A stretch of 64,000 nucleotides of DNA from an uncultured Rudaea sp. (GTDB lineage: Bacteria > Pseudomonadota > Gammaproteobacteria > Xanthomonadales > Rhodanobacteraceae), in the NCBI GenBank assembly GCA_964657965.1, contig CAZZWP010000003.1, positions 8,451 to 72,450 of the forward strand. The letters are read 5' to 3'. Below the pieces are notes generated by a model. The model was given only the letters and a program-made list of their open reading frames with translations. It was not told the DNA's origin and did not search any database. Position numbers and translations under genes: made by a program. Of this stretch, positions 48,570-57,736 are shown piece after piece. The number at the start of each line of letters is the position of its first letter. Position 1 is the stretch's first letter.

Positions 48570-49886
48570 TTATTTCCGTGCCTTGGCCATCAGCGCTTCG
48601 ATTTCGTCGGCATTGCGCGGTACGGCAGCCGTGATAACTTCGGGATCGCCGCGCGTGACGACGATATCGTCTTCGATGCGGATGCCGATGCCGCGCCATT
48701 TCGCGGGGACGTGTTTCGCATCCGGCGCGATATAGATTCCCGGTTCGACGGTGACGACCATGCCCGGTTCGAGTTCGCGGAATTCGCCGTCGACGCGATA
48801 GTCGCCCACATCGTGGACATCAAGGCCGAGCCAGTGTCCGGTCTTGTGCATATAGAACGGTCGATACGTTTGTTCGCGAATATTTTTGTCGACGCTGCCT
48901 TTGAGCAATCCCAGCTTGATCAATCCGGCGACGATCACTTTCACGGCCGCGTCGTGATAAGCGCCGAACGGTCGTCCGGGGCGCACCTCGTTGATGGACG
49001 CGGCTTGCGCCTTGAGCACGATGTCGTAAAGCGCGCGCTGCTCGGTCGAAAATTTTCCGTTGACGGGAAAGGTACGGGTGATGTCCGAGGCGTAGCAATC
49101 GTATTCGGCGCCGGCATCGATAAGCAGCAGATCGCCATCGTTCAGTACGGCGTTGTTGGCGCGATAGTGCAGGACGCAACCGTTCTTGCCGCCGCCGACG
49201 ATAGGTTCGTAACTCGGCACCGCGCCGTTGCGACGGAATTCGTGCAGCAGTTCTGCTTCGATCTCGTGCTCGTTCATGCCGGGACGCACGAGTTGCATCG
49301 CGCGCACATGCGCACCGGCGGCAATTTTTGCGGCCTTGCGCATAAGGCGAAGTTCGTCGCGGGTTTTATACAAACGCAGATCGTGCAAGATATGTCCGAG
49401 TGCGACGAACTCGTGCGGCGCAACGGCGCCGCGTTTGACTTGCGCGCGTACGCTGTTCACCCATGCGATCAATTTGATGTCGAACTCGGTGTCGCGACCG
49501 AAGTGGTAGTAGACGCGACTGCGGCCTTCGATCATGCCGGGCAGAATTTCGTCGATGTCGCCGATGGGAAACGCATCGTCGACGCCGTATTCGCTGACCG
49601 CGCCTTCCGGTCCGGCGCGCGGCCCGTCCCACGCTTCGCGTTCGGGATCGCGTTCGCGACAGAACAATATCGTCTCGGCGTGCGCGCGGCCGGGAATCAG
49701 CGCGAGCACCGCATCGGGTTCGGGGAATCCGGTGAGGTAGTGGAAATCGCTGTCTTGACGGTACGGATAGTGGCTGTCGTTGTTGCGCAAACGCTCGGGT
49801 GCGGCGGGCACGATGCAAATGGCGTCGTCGCCGATGATCCGCATCAATTGTTTACGGCGGCGCGCGAATTCCTTGCGCTCGATCAT
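48570..49886 (-). CDS. pepP: Xaa-Pro aminopeptidase PepP (M24B)
   Basis: 438 aa. Motifs LLIDAGAEYDCYASDITRT, HKTGHWLGLDVHD, VTVEPG and IRIEDD. Positioned after ygfB, as usual. Confidence 0.95.
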   Translation of the reverse strand: MIERKEFARRRKQLMRIIGDDAICIVPAAPERLRNNDSHYPYRQDSDFHYLTGFPEPDAVLALIPGRAHAETILFCRERDPEREAWDGPRAGPEGAVSEYGVDDAFPIGDIDEILPGMIEGRSRVYYHFGRDTEFDIKLIAWVNSVRAQVKRGAVAPHEFVALGHILHDLRLYKTRDELRLMRKAAKIAAGAHVRAMQLVRPGMNEHEIEAELLHEFRRNGAVPSYEPIVGGGKNGCVLHYRANNAVLNDGDLLLIDAGAEYDCYASDITRTFPVNGKFSTEQRALYDIVLKAQAASINEVRPGRPFGAYHDAAVKVIVAGLIKLGLLKGSVDKNIREQTYRPFYMHKTGHWLGLDVHDVGDYRVDGEFRELEPGMVVTVEPGIYIAPDAKHVPAKWRGIGIRIEDDIVVTRGDPEVITAAVPRNADEIEALMAKARK

Positions 49887-49979
49887 GGGAAAAACCGTAA
49901 ATCGTAAATCGTGACCGATGAATCGTCCGAACGTAACGCTGGTGTTTTCATCGATTCCCGATTCCCCGATGCTCAGCTC

Positions 49980-50555
49980 TTAATGCAACGTCACGTCGCG
50001 TTGTTGCGGTTTGTCGATTTCAGCATGCAACAGCAACACGCCCACGCGCACGAACTCGACGACTTCCGACAACGCGCTTTCGTCTTCTTCGGCATTCTCG
50101 TATTCGAAGCGCGATCCGGCAATAGTGCCAAGGTCGCGCAGGATTTCCGCCGCGTTCTCGGAGACACTCGTTCCCGAGCCGCCGCCCAAGCCCAGTCCGC
50201 CGAGAAAACCGCGGCACCAATCGACCAGTGCGTCGGCGCGCGCATCGATCGATGCGTCGGCGTCGGGAAGCAACGGCTCGAATCGCAGTTCCGGATCGTC
50301 GAGCACGGTGTTGCAATCGGCGAACAGGCGTTCAAGCGATGCATCCGATTCGGTATTTTCCGGCGTGTCGATTTCCAGCGCGCGCAGCCAGTGCCGGGCG
50401 TCGGTGCGTCCGCCCGCGCACAGATAACCAATCAACGAGCCGTGCAGTTCGCTCGCGCCTACGCCAAGATGCAGGCGCGCCAAGTCCTCGCCCAACTCGG
50501 CGTGGCTTATACCGCTTTTTGTTGTACCGGATGCGGGAATTTCCCTCATTTTCAC
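49980..50555 (-). CDS. ygfB: UPF0149-family protein YgfB
   Basis: 191 aa, acidic. Motif LVDWCRGFLGGLGL. Conserved ygfB-pepP pairing. Confidence 0.8.
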   Translation of the reverse strand: MKMREIPASGTTKSGISHAELGEDLARLHLGVGASELHGSLIGYLCAGGRTDARHWLRALEIDTPENTESDASLERLFADCNTVLDDPELRFEPLLPDADASIDARADALVDWCRGFLGGLGLGGGSGTSVSENAAEILRDLGTIAGSRFEYENAEEDESALSEVVEFVRVGVLLLHAEIDKPQQRDVTLH

Positions 50556-50656
50556 ATTTTAGCAGCCCGCGGCGCGGTATATGTTGCTTGCGCTCTCGCG
50601 TGGCCCCTATCATCCACGTTCTGACTCCACCTTCTTACCGACGGTCGCATCGAAAG

Positions 50657-53600
50657 ATGCGTTGTTTTTTTATGGGGAAAAGGGTCGCCCGTTGGTGGCT
50701 CGTTCTGCTGTTGTTTGCGATTTCCGCGGCAGCCAGCGAACGACGCTACTATTTCGATGATGCCGACAGCGAACGCGGGCTGGCCTCGCATTCCGTCAAT
50801 GCGATTTTCCAGGATCGCGCCGGCTTCATCTGGATCGGCACCGAAAGCGGTCTTCATCAATACGACGGCTACAGCTATCAGCGCTTCGATCACGTGACGC
50901 GCGATGCGGCATCGTTGCCCGATAGTGTGATTACGGCGGTAACCGAGGATTCGCGCAATCGGCTTTGGGTGGGAACCAATACGCATGGCATCGCGGCGAT
51001 CGACACGGCCAGTGGAAAAGTCGTCGCCACGTCGCTGATCGGCGTGACGCAATCGTCGAAACGCGATTTGATCGGCGCCGTGATGTTCGATGCGGGGCGC
51101 GGACTGTGGATCGGCACGAGCGCAGGCGTCGAGATCATGGATGTCGACAGCGGCAAACGCCACGAAGTTTTTCATTTTTCCGGCGATGCCAAAGCGTTCG
51201 TCGAGGGATTCGCGCTGGCCCAGGATGGAACGATGTGGTGTGCGACGACGGCCGGCGTTTTGCGCTTCGCCCCGCACGCCGAATCGGCGCAAAGCGTCGA
51301 TGCGCAGAATCTGCCGGTGGCGTTGTCGGTGACGATCGCGAACGACGGCACCGTCTACGCCGGCGGCAACAACGGGCTCTACCGTATCGAGAAACAGGAG
51401 GGTCGGGCGTCGGAAATCTGGCCATCGTCGGACTCGCACGGCGTAGCGCAAGTGCGATCGATCGTGCAGGACAGTCACGGTCGGCTGTGGCTGGGCGTCT
51501 ACGGTGCGGGCCTGACGATCTATAACCCGGTCGACGGCACCGCGCAGTCGCTGCATCACGATATGACCCTGCACGGCTCGCTGCCGGACGATTACGTCAC
51601 GCACCTTTTCATCGATCGATCGGGTTTGCTGTGGGTCGGCGGCGATCTGGCCGGCGTCGCCACGACGGATCCGGAAGGCGCGCAGTTCCGCTACGTAATG
51701 GACCCGTCGGTCACTCGCAATCAGATGACGAACGATGTGCGCTCGATCCTTGAGGATTCCAGCGGCCGGTTGTGGTTCGGCACTGATGGCGACGGCATCA
51801 AACGTTACGATCCGACACGCGATTCGTTCGAATATTTCGACGACGTTTTCAAATCGTCGTTGTCGATTTCGGATCGTGATGCGCAATGGCATTTCATGTC
51901 GATGGCGAACGCCGGTGACGGCAAATTATGGGTCGCGACGAATCGCGGGGCCTATCTGTTCGATCCGGCCGCACGCCGCGCGACAGCGGTGGCGGTCGAC
52001 CCGAAACAAGGCGACGGCCTGCCGGAAGCCAACACGCGCGCGGTGATCGTCGCCAGCGATGGCAGTGTTTGGTTCGGCACTTACGGCGGCGGACTTTCGC
52101 ATTGGATTCCGCCATCCACCAATCAAGCCGCGCGCTGGGAAACGTATCAGCACGAAATAGCACAGCCCGACAGCTTGGCCCACAACATCATTCTTTCGCT
52201 GTTCGAGGATGACGGCGGCCGCGTCTGGATCGGCACACTCAACGGGCTGAGTGTCTACGACACGCGGCAACATCGTATGCATACGTATCGCAGCGAGGCC
52301 GGCAATCCGCAATCGCTGGGCGACAATCTCGTGCGCACGATCTACCAGAGCGGCGACGGCACGCTGTGGTTGGGGACGCAAAGCGGCATGGATCGCGTGG
52401 ACGTGCCGAGCGCGGAGAAACTTCGGTTTGAACATTACGACACGCGCAACGGACTGCCCGGTGCGACGGTGTTCGGCATTCTCGAAGATACTCATCACAA
52501 CATCTGGATCAGCACGAACGAGGGCTTGGCGACGTATAACCGCGCGATGGGCGCGTTCATGTCGTTTGCGTTGCGCGACGGGCTGCAGGGTCTGGAATTC
52601 AACGCTGGTTCGGCTTACCGCCGCGGCGACGGCGAGCTCGCGTTCGGCGGATTGCACGGAGTGAATCTATTTCGGCCCGATGTGCTGCGGCATGACGTCT
52701 ATCTTCCGCCCGTCGTCGTCACGGGTGCGGCGATCGGCGATTCTCCTGTGGCCACGTCGATTCCGGCCAATGGGCTGGAAATGGATCAATCGCAGCGCAT
52801 CATCCGCTTCGATTTCGCGGCATTGGATTACACCGCGCCGGAACGTAACAAGTTTGCGTATCGCCTGCGCGGTTTCGATCCAGACTGGATCGATATCGGC
52901 GCGCGTCACAACGCGACGTACACCAATCTTCCTCCGGGAAATTATCAGTTCGACGTACGCGGCAGTAACGCCAACGGTATTTGGAATCAGCAAGGCACAA
53001 CCGTCGTGTTGCGTGTCCTGCCGCCGTGGTGGGCCTCGATCGGCTTCAAGATTTTTTATGCCGCGCTGGTTCTTTTACTGATCGGCTGGTTGTGGCTCGC
53101 GTATCGCCTTCGTCGCGCACGGGAGCTGGAATATCACCGTGAGTTGCGCGCGCGTGAAGATCGCTTGCGTCTCGCGTTGTGGGGTTCGGGCGACGAATTC
53201 TGGGACTGGGACGTACCCGGCGGGTTCATTCATCGTCTCGGTACCGATGGGCAAGCCGGTGTGCGCAGCGAGAGGACGATGACGCTCGCCGACTGGCGCG
53301 AGAACACCGCGCATCCGGACGATCTGCCGTTCGTCGAAAAAACCGTGAGTGAACATATTCAAGGCGATTCGGAGTTCTTCGAGATCGAACATCGCATTCG
53401 CGACGAATCCGATCGCTGGATCTGGGTCCTGTCGCGCGGCAAGGTCGTCGAGCGCGACGATGCCGGCAAGGCGCTGCGCGTCTGCGGCACGGCGCGCGAC
53501 GTGACCTCGGCGCGCCTGGCCGAACGCGAGCGTCGTATCGCGTCGGAAGTCATCGACAGCATGAACGAGGCGGTGAGCGTGACCGATCTCGATTTCAATT

Positions 53601-55246
53601 TCGTCGCGGTCAATCGCGCATTCACGCGCATGTTCGGTTATCAGGAAACGGAAGTCCTGACGCAACCGGCGTCGATTCTCAATTCCGGACAACACACGCA
53701 AGAACACTACAACACGTTGCGCCAAGCGTTCCTCGCCAGCGGTCATTGGCATGGCGAACTCTGGCAGCGCCGCAAGAACGGCGAGGAATTCCTGAGCTGG
53801 ATCGAAATCAGCGAAGTGCGCGACGCGGCCGGGCGACGCACGCATTACGTCGGCGTCACCAACGACATCACCGAGCGCAAGCGTGCCGAACAGGAACTGC
53901 GTTATCTGGCCAACTACGACACGCTGACCGGATTGCCGAATCGCGCGCTGCTCGGCGAGCGGCTCGCGCACGCGGTGATGCGCGCGCGGCGCACATCGCG
54001 CAAAGTGGCCGTGCTGTTTCTCGACATGGACCGGTTCAAACACGTCAACGATTCGATGGGCCACGCCATCGGCGATCGCGTCTTGAAAGCGGTAGGCGAA
54101 CGGTTGCGCGCCAGCGTGCGCGACGGCGCGACGGTCGCGCGTCTCGGCGGCGACGAATTTACGGTGGTACTCGAAGACATCCATCACGCGGAAGAATCGG
54201 AAAAGATCGCCGCGGAATTGCTCAACGTGTTTTCCGATCCGCTCGATCTGGAAAGCGGCCAGCAAGTCGTGATTTCGCCGTCGATCGGCATCAGTCTTTA
54301 TCCCGATCACGCTCAAGTGCCGACTGATCTCGTGAAGTACGCCGACACGGCGATGTATCAGGCCAAGGAAGGCGGCCGCAACATGTATATGTTGTACACG
54401 CCTGCGATGGACGCCGTTGCGCGCCAGCGCGCCGGCATGCTGGGCGCGTTGCGGCTCGCGCTGGAGCGCAGCGAATTGAGCCTGGTTTACCAGCCCATGC
54501 TGGATCTGGACGCCGGGCGCATCATCGGCGTCGAGGCGCTGCTGCGTTGGCATAACGAGGAATTCGGCGAAGTGCCGCCGGGCATTTTCATCCCGCTCGC
54601 CGAAGAGGCGGGATTGATCGAACGCATCGGCGAATTTGTGCTGTATCGCGCGTGCGAGCAGCTGGTGGCGTGGCAAGGCAAAGGCATGCCGCCGATCCGC
54701 ATGTCCGTGAATCTTTCGGCGCTGCAATTGTTGCGCGATGAATTGACGCAACGCTTGTGCGAAGTGCTCGCGGAATTCAATCTCACCCCGCAACAACTCG
54801 AATTGGAATTGACCGAAAGCGTGCTGATGGCCAATCCCGAAGTGGCGATTCATACCTTGGATCGTCTGCATTCGCTCGGCGTCAGCATCGCCATCGACGA
54901 TTTCGGAACCGGTTATTCGTCGCTGAGTTATTTAAAGCGGCTGCCGATCGATACCCTGAAAATCGATCGCAGTTTCGTCGGCGATATCACTACCGATCCC
55001 GACGACGAAGCCATCACCAAGACCATCATCACGATGGCGCATTCGCTGGACTTGAATGTCATCGCCGAAGGCGTGGAGACGCTCGAACAACTCGAATACC
55101 TGCACGAGCACGGGTGCGACGCGATCCAAGGCCATTGGCTGTCGCCGCCGTTGCCGCCGGATGTGTGTTTCACCTTTATCCGCGAATTCCAGCGCAGCCG
55201 GCCCGTGGCAGAGTCGCGCACTGCCGATCAGAGCCGCGTTCGTTGA
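50657..55246 (+). CDS. Sensor protein: periplasmic double beta-propeller (Reg_prop repeats) + Y_Y_Y, then TM, PAS, GGDEF and EAL
   Basis: The ORF opens at 50228, but that part overlaps ygfB. The real start is Met144 or Met149 (50657/50672), followed by a signal peptide. Many repeats of the type D..G.(L/I)W(I/V)GT..G(L/I). Y_Y_Y (YAYRLRGFDPDW...PGNYQFDVR) and a TM helix. PAS region, GGDEF intact (RLGGDEF), EAL intact (EALLRW, DDFGTGYSSL, EGVET). Confidence 0.9.
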   Translation: MRCFFMGKRVARWWLVLLLFAISAAASERRYYFDDADSERGLASHSVNAIFQDRAGFIWIGTESGLHQYDGYSYQRFDHVTRDAASLPDSVITAVTEDSRNRLWVGTNTHGIAAIDTASGKVVATSLIGVTQSSKRDLIGAVMFDAGRGLWIGTSAGVEIMDVDSGKRHEVFHFSGDAKAFVEGFALAQDGTMWCATTAGVLRFAPHAESAQSVDAQNLPVALSVTIANDGTVYAGGNNGLYRIEKQEGRASEIWPSSDSHGVAQVRSIVQDSHGRLWLGVYGAGLTIYNPVDGTAQSLHHDMTLHGSLPDDYVTHLFIDRSGLLWVGGDLAGVATTDPEGAQFRYVMDPSVTRNQMTNDVRSILEDSSGRLWFGTDGDGIKRYDPTRDSFEYFDDVFKSSLSISDRDAQWHFMSMANAGDGKLWVATNRGAYLFDPAARRATAVAVDPKQGDGLPEANTRAVIVASDGSVWFGTYGGGLSHWIPPSTNQAARWETYQHEIAQPDSLAHNIILSLFEDDGGRVWIGTLNGLSVYDTRQHRMHTYRSEAGNPQSLGDNLVRTIYQSGDGTLWLGTQSGMDRVDVPSAEKLRFEHYDTRNGLPGATVFGILEDTHHNIWISTNEGLATYNRAMGAFMSFALRDGLQGLEFNAGSAYRRGDGELAFGGLHGVNLFRPDVLRHDVYLPPVVVTGAAIGDSPVATSIPANGLEMDQSQRIIRFDFAALDYTAPERNKFAYRLRGFDPDWIDIGARHNATYTNLPPGNYQFDVRGSNANGIWNQQGTTVVLRVLPPWWASIGFKIFYAALVLLLIGWLWLAYRLRRARELEYHRELRAREDRLRLALWGSGDEFWDWDVPGGFIHRLGTDGQAGVRSERTMTLADWRENTAHPDDLPFVEKTVSEHIQGDSEFFEIEHRIRDESDRWIWVLSRGKVVERDDAGKALRVCGTARDVTSARLAERERRIASEVIDSMNEAVSVTDLDFNFVAVNRAFTRMFGYQETEVLTQPASILNSGQHTQEHYNTLRQAFLASGHWHGELWQRRKNGEEFLSWIEISEVRDAAGRRTHYVGVTNDITERKRAEQELRYLANYDTLTGLPNRALLGERLAHAVMRARRTSRKVAVLFLDMDRFKHVNDSMGHAIGDRVLKAVGERLRASVRDGATVARLGGDEFTVVLEDIHHAEESEKIAAELLNVFSDPLDLESGQQVVISPSIGISLYPDHAQVPTDLVKYADTAMYQAKEGGRNMYMLYTPAMDAVARQRAGMLGALRLALERSELSLVYQPMLDLDAGRIIGVEALLRWHNEEFGEVPPGIFIPLAEEAGLIERIGEFVLYRACEQLVAWQGKGMPPIRMSVNLSALQLLRDELTQRLCEVLAEFNLTPQQLELELTESVLMANPEVAIHTLDRLHSLGVSIAIDDFGTGYSSLSYLKRLPIDTLKIDRSFVGDITTDPDDEAITKTIITMAHSLDLNVIAEGVETLEQLEYLHEHGCDAIQGHWLSPPLPPDVCFTFIREFQRSRPVAESRTADQSRVR

Positions 55247-55277
55247 CCGTCCCTAAACTGCACCCTATAGTCAGCCT

Positions 55278-55502
55278 ATGTCCGAAACCCATCCGCATTT
55301 GACCGATCTGCAAGCCATCAGCGGGCGCTTGGATAAGCTGCTGGAGCTGTGTCATCGCTTGAGCGAAGAGAATCGCAGTCTGCGCGTCAGTCAGGAACAG
55401 CTTTCCGCGGAGCGCTCGAATCTACTCGCGAAAAACGAACAGGCCCGATCGCGCGTCGAGGCGATGATCGCGCGTTTGCGTGCGCTGGAGCACAACGCAT
55501 GA
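55278..55502 (+). CDS. ZapB-like coiled-coil protein (TIGR02449-like) preceding zapA
   Basis: 74-aa heptad-rich sequence (LDKLLELCHRLSEENRSLR...). Its stop overlaps the zapA ATG. Confidence 0.6.
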   Translation: MSETHPHLTDLQAISGRLDKLLELCHRLSEENRSLRVSQEQLSAERSNLLAKNEQARSRVEAMIARLRALEHNA

Positions 55503-55801
55503 GTGCGGACAACGCGGTCGCCGTGATGATTCTCGATCGCGAATTCCTGATCGGCTGCACGCCGGAAGAACGGCCCGGCCTGATCGCCGCCGCCAGCTAT
55601 CTCGATGGAAAAATGCGCGAGGTGCGCGCGGCGACGCGCGCGCAAGGCATCGAGCGCGTAGCGGTTTTGACCGCGCTGAACATCACGCACGAATTTCTAC
55701 AACACAAGAATCGCATCGAAACCGATTCCGGCGCCATGGCACAACATCTGCAGATGCTGCGAAATAAACTTGATGGTGCGCTCGCGACGCCGGTAAAATA
55801 G
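55499..55801 (+). CDS. zapA: Cell division protein ZapA
   Basis: Start at internal Met51 of ORF 55349 (MSADNAVAVMILDREFLIGC). ZapA-like sequence YLDGKMREVR...ALNITHEF. Followed by ssrS and ygfA. Confidence 0.85.
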   Translation: MSADNAVAVMILDREFLIGCTPEERPGLIAAASYLDGKMREVRAATRAQGIERVAVLTALNITHEFLQHKNRIETDSGAMAQHLQMLRNKLDGALATPVK

Positions 55802-56005
55802 GGGCGCGTCCCCTGCGGTGTGCGACAGCACATCCAACATATTTGCCTTGTTCCTATATACGACCCCGGGATAGCAGTGCCAGTGTCCGTGTGCAAGTCC
55901 GCCGTGAGCGGAAAGCCTAAAGACCGGCGAGCTACCCCACCTGATCCTAGGGATCAAGGTCGTTCGGTGTGCACCGGCATCGCGGAGGGCGCCACTTCTT
56001 TTTCA
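55802..56005 (+). ncRNA. ssrS: 6S RNA
   Basis: Conserved zapA-ssrS-ygfA context. The roughly 200-nt intergenic segment has 5' (GGCGCGTCCCCTGCGGTGTGC) and 3' (GCACCGGCATCGCGGAGGGCGCC) arms that can form the long closing helix. These surround an A/T-rich central bubble (ACATATTTGCCTTGTTCCTATATAC). A T-run follows. Ends are approximate. Confidence 0.7.
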
Positions 56006-56019
56006 CGGCGCGAGTTCTC

Positions 56020-56628
56020 GTGACCGACCTCAACGCCCAACAACTTCGTGCGCGCTTGCGCGAAGCGCGTGAACGTCTCGGTGCCGCCGAACGAATCGGC
56101 GCGGCGCAAGGCGTGCTCGGCAGTCTCGAGCAATTGCCGGAATTTCTCGTCGACATCAACATCGCCGGCTACTGGGCGGTACGCGGCGAAGTGCCGCTGA
56201 ATCTCGTTTTCGCACGAACGCGCGCGCGTGAACAACGTTATCACTTGCCGATTCTGCAAGCGGACAAATCACTGAAATTCGCCGCATGGCAAGCCGGTGA
56301 AAGTTTGCAACCCAATCGCTATGGAATTCCAGAACCGGATGCGGCGATTGCAACAAATGCCGAAGGTCTGGACCTGGTGCTCGTGCCACTGCTCGGTTTC
56401 GATCGGCGCGGCAATCGTCTCGGCTCAGGCGCCGGCTACTACGATCGCACGTTCGCATTTCTGCGCGAACGGACACGTCCGGTACAACCGATTCTCGTCG
56501 GCATCGGTTACCATTTCCAAGAAGTCGCGGCGATGACGCCGAACGCGTGGGACGTGTCGATGGATTTCATCGCCACCGATCGCGAACTGATCGACTGCAC
56601 CATCGAAACACGGAACGAATCCGCATGA
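56020..56628 (+). CDS. ygfA: 5-formyltetrahydrofolate cyclo-ligase
   Basis: GTG start at Val18 of ORF 55969, because the ATG at 55969 lies inside the 6S RNA. Motifs VLVPLLGFDRRGNRLGSGAGYYDR and AWD. Confidence 0.85.
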   Translation: MTDLNAQQLRARLREARERLGAAERIGAAQGVLGSLEQLPEFLVDINIAGYWAVRGEVPLNLVFARTRAREQRYHLPILQADKSLKFAAWQAGESLQPNRYGIPEPDAAIATNAEGLDLVLVPLLGFDRRGNRLGSGAGYYDRTFAFLRERTRPVQPILVGIGYHFQEVAAMTPNAWDVSMDFIATDRELIDCTIETRNESA

Positions 56629-57089
56629 ATTACTGGCTGATGAAAACCGAGCCCGAAGAGTTTTCGATCGACGACCTGGCCAAGCGCAAAACCGAACCGT
56701 GGGGCGGCGTGCGTAATTATCAGGCGCGCAATTACATGCGCGAAATGCAGCGCGGCGACGGTGTGCTGTTTTATCACTCCAGTTGCGACGTGCCTGGCGT
56801 GGTCGGCATCGCGGAAATCAGCAAGACGGCGCACGACGATCCCACGCAATTCGACAAGAAGAGCGATTACTTTGATCCGAAAAGCAAACCGGAATCGCCG
56901 CGTTGGTCTGCCGTGGAAGTGAAGTACAAACGCAAGTTGAAACGCAACATCACGCTGACGGAATTGAAAACCAAACGCGAGTTACACGATCTGATTTTGT
57001 TGCGGCCCGGCAATCGTCTGTCGGTTTTGCCAGTGAGCAAGAAGGATTGGGATTTCATCTTGCAGCTTGAATCCGGATCGACCGAATGA
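56625..57089 (+). CDS. EVE (PUA-like) domain protein
   Basis: Start at internal Met27 ([18 protein letters not shown]), an ATGA overlap with the ygfA stop. Typical EVE signature [11 protein letters not shown]...GDGVLFYHS. Confidence 0.8.
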   Translation: MNYWLMKTEPEEFSIDDLAKRKTEPWGGVRNYQARNYMREMQRGDGVLFYHSSCDVPGVVGIAEISKTAHDDPTQFDKKSDYFDPKSKPESPRWSAVEVKYKRKLKRNITLTELKTKRELHDLILLRPGNRLSVLPVSKKDWDFILQLESGSTE

Positions 57090-57736
57090 GCATCGATCGC
57101 GAGGAACAAAAACGTCTCGCCGCAGAGCGCGCGATGACGTACGTCGAACGCGGCAGCGTGATCGGCGTCGGCACCGGGTCGACCGTCGCCTATTTCATTC
57201 AGGCGCTCGGTCGTCAGCGAGGATTGATCGAATCGGCCGTGTCGAGTTCGGAACAGAGCACGGCGCGGCTGAAGGAACAAGGCATTCGCGTCGTCGATCT
57301 GAACAGCGTCGGCACGCTGTCGATCTACGTCGACGGCGCCGACGAATGCGATCCCAACAAATGCCTGATCAAGGGCGGCGGTGCGGCGCTCACGCGCGAG
57401 AAAATCATCGCGGCCGCATCGAAGTCGTTTGTTTGCATGGTCGATGCGAGCAAGCGCGTGGCCGTGCTCGGCAAATTCCCGCTGCCCGTCGAAGTTATTC
57501 CCATGGCGCGCGGTTATGTCGCGCGCGAAATCGTCAAACGCGGTGGAAACCCGATCTGGCGGGACGGCGTGACGACCGACAACGGTAACATCATCCTCGA
57601 CGTATACGGTTTGCACATCGCTGATCCGCTGGCGCTCGAAGCGGATTTGAATCAGATCACCGGGATCGTTTGCGTCGGCCTTTTCGCGAAACGGCCAGCG
57701 GATATCGTGCTGATCGGCGACAGCGTGATGAGCTGA
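57086..57736 (+). CDS. rpiA: Ribose-5-phosphate isomerase A
   Basis: 216 aa. Motifs GVGTGST, YVDGADE and [15 protein letters not shown] overlap with the EVE gene stop. Confidence 0.95.
   Translation: MSIDREEQKRLAAERAMTYVERGSVIGVGTGSTVAYFIQALGRQRGLIESAVSSSEQSTARLKEQGIRVVDLNSVGTLSIYVDGADECDPNKCLIKGGGAALTREKIIAAASKSFVCMVDASKRVAVLGKFPLPVEVIPMARGYVAREIVKRGGNPIWRDGVTTDNGNIILDVYGLHIADPLALEADLNQITGIVCVGLFAKRPADIVLIGDSVMS

Noticed and set aside
48711-49907. 398-aa plus-strand ORF opposite pepP.
   Set aside because: pepP on the minus strand has all M24B motifs. The plus-strand product has no recognisable features and mirrors pepP codon position 3.
50228-50656. 143-codon N-terminal extension of the sensor ORF.
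   Set aside because: It overlaps the ygfB coding region on the opposite strand and is Arg-rich. A proper signal peptide begins only at Met144/Met149.
50552-51892. 446-aa minus-strand ORF antisense to the propeller domain of the sensor gene.
   Set aside because: Same reasoning: a high-G+C antisense artefact with Arg-rich, low-information sequence.
53075-54871. 598-aa minus-strand ORF antisense to the PAS-GGDEF-EAL region.
   Set aside because: It lies fully inside a gene with unmistakable domain motifs on the other strand. Its product is Arg/Ala/His-rich with no motifs. Long stop-free antisense frames are expected at this G+C.
55969-56019. ATG start offered by the ORF track for the 5-formyl-THF cyclo-ligase.
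   Set aside because: It would place 17 codons (MHRHRGGRHFFFTARVL) inside the 3' arm and T-run of the putative 6S RNA. The GTG at 56020 fits the family N-terminus better.
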